The notes below the pieces were generated by a model, which was given only the letters and a program-made list of their open reading frames with translations, was not told where the DNA came from and made no database searches. DNA of 64,000 nucleotides from Mobula hypostoma (lineage: Eukaryota): contig NC_086109.1 in NCBI RefSeq assembly GCF_963921235.1, forward strand, positions 12,586,001 through 12,650,000. Reading direction: 5' to 3'. Position 1 is the first letter of the stretch; each line of letters begins with the position of its first letter. Position numbers and translations under genes: made by a program. Shown one piece after another: positions 59,986 through 64,000 of the stretch.

Positions 59986-61429
59986 CTCCCCACACAGCCC
60001 CTGGCACTCCTCCTCTGTCTCCTGCCCACACCCCACCCGCGGCGTTCCACCCTTACGATTCCCAACATCCTTTCCTCCCACTAGATTTACAAACTCGCTC
60101 TCTGCTCCATGTTGACGAATACAGTATTGTACAAAGCCTCAGGCATGTATATATAGTTAGATTGGTTAAGACTTATGCGCTGTACTGTAGTAATTTTATC
60201 TATTGCACTTTTCTACTGCCTCGCAAACTAAATCAACTAATTTCATGACATGTGAGTGATGGTGAACCTGATTCTGATATGGGTCTCTGTTGTGGACCAA
60301 GACTGGGAAGTGAGTAGGGAGAGTGGAATCGTGGTGGGGAAAAGAGGAAGGGAGAGCGGAGGGAGCGGGAAGCACCAAAGAGACTAGTCCTGTTCCCTTT
60401 GAGTTTCTGATCCAGGTTCAGTTCATACTTTGTTCTTGAAAAGTATCCTTCAAATTGTATTCAGCGTTACTGTAGTTATTTCAACATTTCGAAATCCAAT
60501 CCCCAATTCAAGTCTTGTCAGGGCACCTATGGAGTTTGAAACCAATTTGTTAGATAATTCCGGAATTTTAAATCTTGAATCAAGAAGCCAGCAGATTGTT
60601 TAAACAAAAAGGCATTTGAGTCGCTTCCGTCCTTCACCGAAATAAATTTATTTTTCCTATCACATCCAGTTTAGGTGCAGCCCTGGACTCACCACAATGT
60701 GCTTCACTAGGTTCCCCTCTGAAATGGGCCAGGAAGACGCCGAGTTCAAGAAAATCAATAGTTTTTTTTTGGCGGTGACTCCTGCCAATTATTTACCATT
60801 TGGCAATGACGGCGGAAGATTTACTTGTGGTGTGAACCAGGCAAGTGCGGACCGTTACGAGTCAAACGCGAAGAAAACGGTTCCGCTGCAGTGGTGATCC
60901 AGTCCACGAGTCATTCAATTCGGGGCCGACTCCCGAACAGAGGATCATAACAAATAATCAAATGGATTTTAAAGAATTGTAGCGATTGTGAACTGGAGAT
61001 TATTTGAATGATTAGTTCCACTGCTGCCTGCAGCGAAAACTGGAGGGCATTACCAACGCTACTTGTTAAAGAATTGTTTCCGTCATAGTTTGTTTATGGC
61101 TCCTGCACAAACTTTGAAAGTTAAATGTCTAAAATTCGTACTGTAAACTCAGACACTGGAGATTACAAACTTGGTGTCTTGCCGCAGATAAAAATAAATT
61201 ACCGGACAACACCATAATGTTATGCACTGTATTTTTTGCATTTACAAGTCTACACATATTTAGCCACCTGTGCTACGGATAGGGTACACAAGACCCACAA
61301 CAACACTGATTACACAGGACAACAGGACTTATGGATTTTCAGCTGCTCATCATGAAAATTACCACGATTTTTCCCGTATCACGCAACATTTTTTTGAAAT
61401 TACCTATATTTTTAGTCCAATTCATAATT

Positions 61430-62076
61430 CAAGTCTGAATAACTGATATCAAAATTAAAGAAGGCATTTTTGTTGGTCTACAAATCAAGCAGGTCACCAA
61501 TGACAGGCAATTTAAAGAACTTCTAGTGGGACTGGAGAAAATCACATGGAAGGCATTCAAGGATGTTGTTGAAAAATTTCTTGGGAACTGCAGAGCACCA
61601 AACTTCGTACAGCTGGTTGACAACATTCTTCAAGCATACAAAACAATGCAGTGCAATATGTCACTAAAGATTTCTTTTTTTTTTGCATTCCTATTTAGAC
61701 TTCCCTGCAAAGCTTTCACTGTCAATGACGAGCATGGTGAAAGGTTTCACCAGGATATTTCAGTCATGGAGAAACAGTATCAGGGCGACTGGAATCCATC
61801 AATGCCGGCTGATTATTTTTAGACACTTAAGCAAGAAGCCTCAGACACTGAGTACAAATGAAAATCATCAATAAAACATTTTAGCTTAGTGGGACTATTG
61901 CAAAGTATCAGCACCGCTATGCAATTAAATGCATTATATTCAGTAAAGTTAATTACTTGTTTCTCCGAATTCCTATGTGATACAAGTAGTCAGAAGTTAT
62001 ATTTATGCTCAAAGTCAAGCGGTCTATCATAAAAAATATCTTAGGAAGCAATATTTTTGAAAAAAATTGGCCAGTG
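61430..62076 (+). mobile_element. DNA transposon 3' fragment, probably Chapaev3 (CMC group)
   Basis: KIKEGIFVGLQIK, WKAFKDVVEKFLGN, CNMSLKI and DEHGERFHQDISVMEKQYQGDW; ends ...GGCCAGTG. Family assigned from remembered motifs. Confidence 0.65.
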
Positions 62077-62095
62077 CTGAGGAGGTGTCAGTCAC

Positions 62096-62132
62096 CAGCT
62101 GCGGAATAAGGAAGGATAATCAGAAACCACAT
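62096..62132 (-). pseudogene. Orphan leader exon of unit B, MWFLIILPYSAA
   Basis: 37 nt from ATG to G|GTGACT; flanks are homologous to the gene A leader and promoter. No V or C2 exon was found between it and the remnants at 55.7-56.0 kb. Confidence 0.75.
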
Positions 62133-62789
62133 TGATTTACCAACAGACACCTGGCCAGCTGCTCAAATTTCGTCTGTTGCTCCCCTATTGGTTTCCACAA
62201 CTGAACAACCACCTAATAGAAACGTTACGTCCAAAAATAAATGTGGACGAACGTAACAGGAAATCTAACCGTGGAACTAAAATGAGCAGCTTAAGTGTCA
62301 GAGCCCTGACAATATGGAATGCTTTTACTTCTGTCCAATAACACAAACAATAATACATGGATTTACAGAAATTGTAGATTAGACAGTTAATTTGTTTGCT
62401 GGAATGAATACTTGCAATCCAAGGAAAACTTTTCGGCAAAGCGTTGATTGATAAAGTAAAATAAAAAGATATTGCAATGCTGACAGCGTGTGGAAAATTC
62501 ACTCATGTAACATCCCCTGCCCATCCAAACAGGATGTGGATTAGATCCACACATGACACCGTTAATTCAGAGCTTGTTCACAGTTTGAGGAGGTGCTGAG
62601 CGCACAATCTGCATTTTTTAACTTTAAAAATAATTTCGTTTCACCGGCATAAACTGTGACATGAGTTTCCTTTCAGGTTTGTGGATGTCAGAACTTACGC
62701 GGGTCAAAGGTGACTTGGGACTCAGGTCGGCTGGCATTGACCGGATTCACTGTGAATGCTGAGAAGCGTATATCGGCCGGATGGGACAA

Positions 62790-63215
62790 GAGTTGTATCC
62801 GTTTGGGTTACCGAGAGAAATCGGCGGTAGCAGAACTTTGCATTCGCAATGGCCGTGGGATTTACTTCAACGGCACAAAACTACTGTGTTTTTGGGATCG
62901 CTTGGCGAAGGAAGCCATTGAAATAAAACTAGAGAAAAAGAATTTTAACAAAGACGGAAGTCTTTCTCTAATTAAGAACTGGAAATCAATTGTAGCAAGT
63001 TGGAAGAGTGCAAAACTGATTGGATGAGGACTAACCAATCAGGACGGACGGAATACATGAGTATAACTAACACCTGGCTAGACATGACCAGACGAAATAC
63101 TTGAAGAAGATGGTAGAGTTTGTTATCGAAATGTCGGTTATAATCTAAAACTGTATCCGGCTTGAAGCCTGAGAAGAGTTTATTCGTCATGTACGCCGGG
63201 AAAGCACTAGATCCT
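62790..63215 (+). mobile_element. Penelope-like element 3' end (GIY-YIG C-terminus plus pLTR)
   Basis: SAVAELCIRNG...RLAKEAIEIKLEKKNFNKDG...NWKSI, followed by a TGAAGA..CGAAA motif. Confidence 0.8.
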
Positions 63216-63749
63216 TTTTTTCTGTCTATACATTTAGAACGTTATGGATTCCATACATTTGGATAGTGCTCCATGTGCACAAAACCTTTACATTGGTGGC
63301 ACTAAACTTCAGTGCACCCTCGACACCCACTGCTAACCTCTACGGTACTGTGCCGTCCCTTGCTCAGCTATTCCCAGGTTTTGCTTTGTTCCAAAATTAT
63401 ATGCAAAAGAAATATTAATTATCATTTTCTAAAAGACTCAGCTCCAATACTTATTCAACATTGGTTATCCTCTCCTTTGTTCCCTTGGTAATAGTGACTG
63501 GGCACCGTCTGGACATCGTTCTTAATTGCATTCAATTATAGGGCATGGTGACTGTCAGCTGGACCAATACATATTGCCTACTGTATGCTCGTTTGGAAAT
63601 TTAACATTGAATGATAATTTCAATGATCAACAGAGATGGCAAGGGGAGCATTAGTTTAGAGCTGATGTTAGACAGTAGCACACTCTTTCATTCTCTGTTG
63701 AAATGTCTGGGTGGATTATGAGTTCAGGTATGGGGTAAGTATACGGCAC

Positions 63750-63895
63750 GGTAACAGTCCCTCCCGACCCAACGAGCCCACACCGCCCCATTGTACCCAT
63801 GTGACCAATTAATCTAGTAACCCACACGTCTTTTGGAATATGGGAGGAAACCGGGTCACCCGGACGAAATCCATGCACTCACGAGGGAGAACATA
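63750..63895 (-). mobile_element. HE1/V-SINE-like fragment
   Basis: Reverse complement of the V-SINE core (gggaggaaaccgg...gggagaac). Confidence 0.7.
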
Positions 63896-64000
63896 GAAAG
63901 AAACATTTTTTTTACCTAAAAGAAGGGGAGAACATGGAACTCATCCCTACAGGGAGTTGTGGGGACAATTAGTATAGATTCATTTAAGGGATGCTGCTCT

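Noticed and set aside
60660-60960. CpG-rich stretch with a G|GTGAGT donor on the - strand as a hidden exon of unit B
   Set aside because: No Ig or stalk similarity and no convincing acceptor or open frame. Left unannotated.
1-64000. Prokaryotic systems (CRISPR arrays, operons, defence islands)
   Set aside because: The window has spliceosomal exon structure and vertebrate TEs; no regularly spaced repeat-spacer array was seen.

Overview
Eukaryotic (vertebrate) genomic DNA, about half of it transposon-derived by eye. The repeat families (CR1/HER1-like LINEs, HE1/V-SINE-like SINEs, Rex1/Babar, Penelope-derived repeats) point to a cartilaginous fish, probably a ray; this is inference. Most ORFs in the supplied track are TE fragments or noise. 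The genes are spliced and were rebuilt by hand from splice sites and codon phases. The window holds a cluster of non-rearranging CD300/pIgR/TREM-type Ig receptors resembling the MDIR family known from skate. (1) A + strand inhibitory gene: leader 6374-6410, V1 11739-12059, V2 12152-12472, C2 15639-15951 (frameshifted in an A8 run), stalk 21314-21401, uncharged TM 23680-23771, and tail exons 24437-24483 and 27158-27439 with an ITIM and an ITSM. (2) A convergent - strand activating-type paralogue, gene A: leader 51626-51590, V3 44672-44379 (nonsense codon, 27-nt deletion), intact C2 41149-40832, stalk exons, and an Arg-containing tailless TM 35307-35217. (3) A decayed - strand unit B (leader 62132-62096, TM/stalk remnants at 55.7-56.0 kb) and two dead promoter/leader modules at 2.3 and 5.8 kb. 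The most interesting points are the inverted paired-receptor layout with phase-compatible modules, the tandem V exons with a strong excess of amino-acid-changing differences, and the complementary lesions in the two genes.
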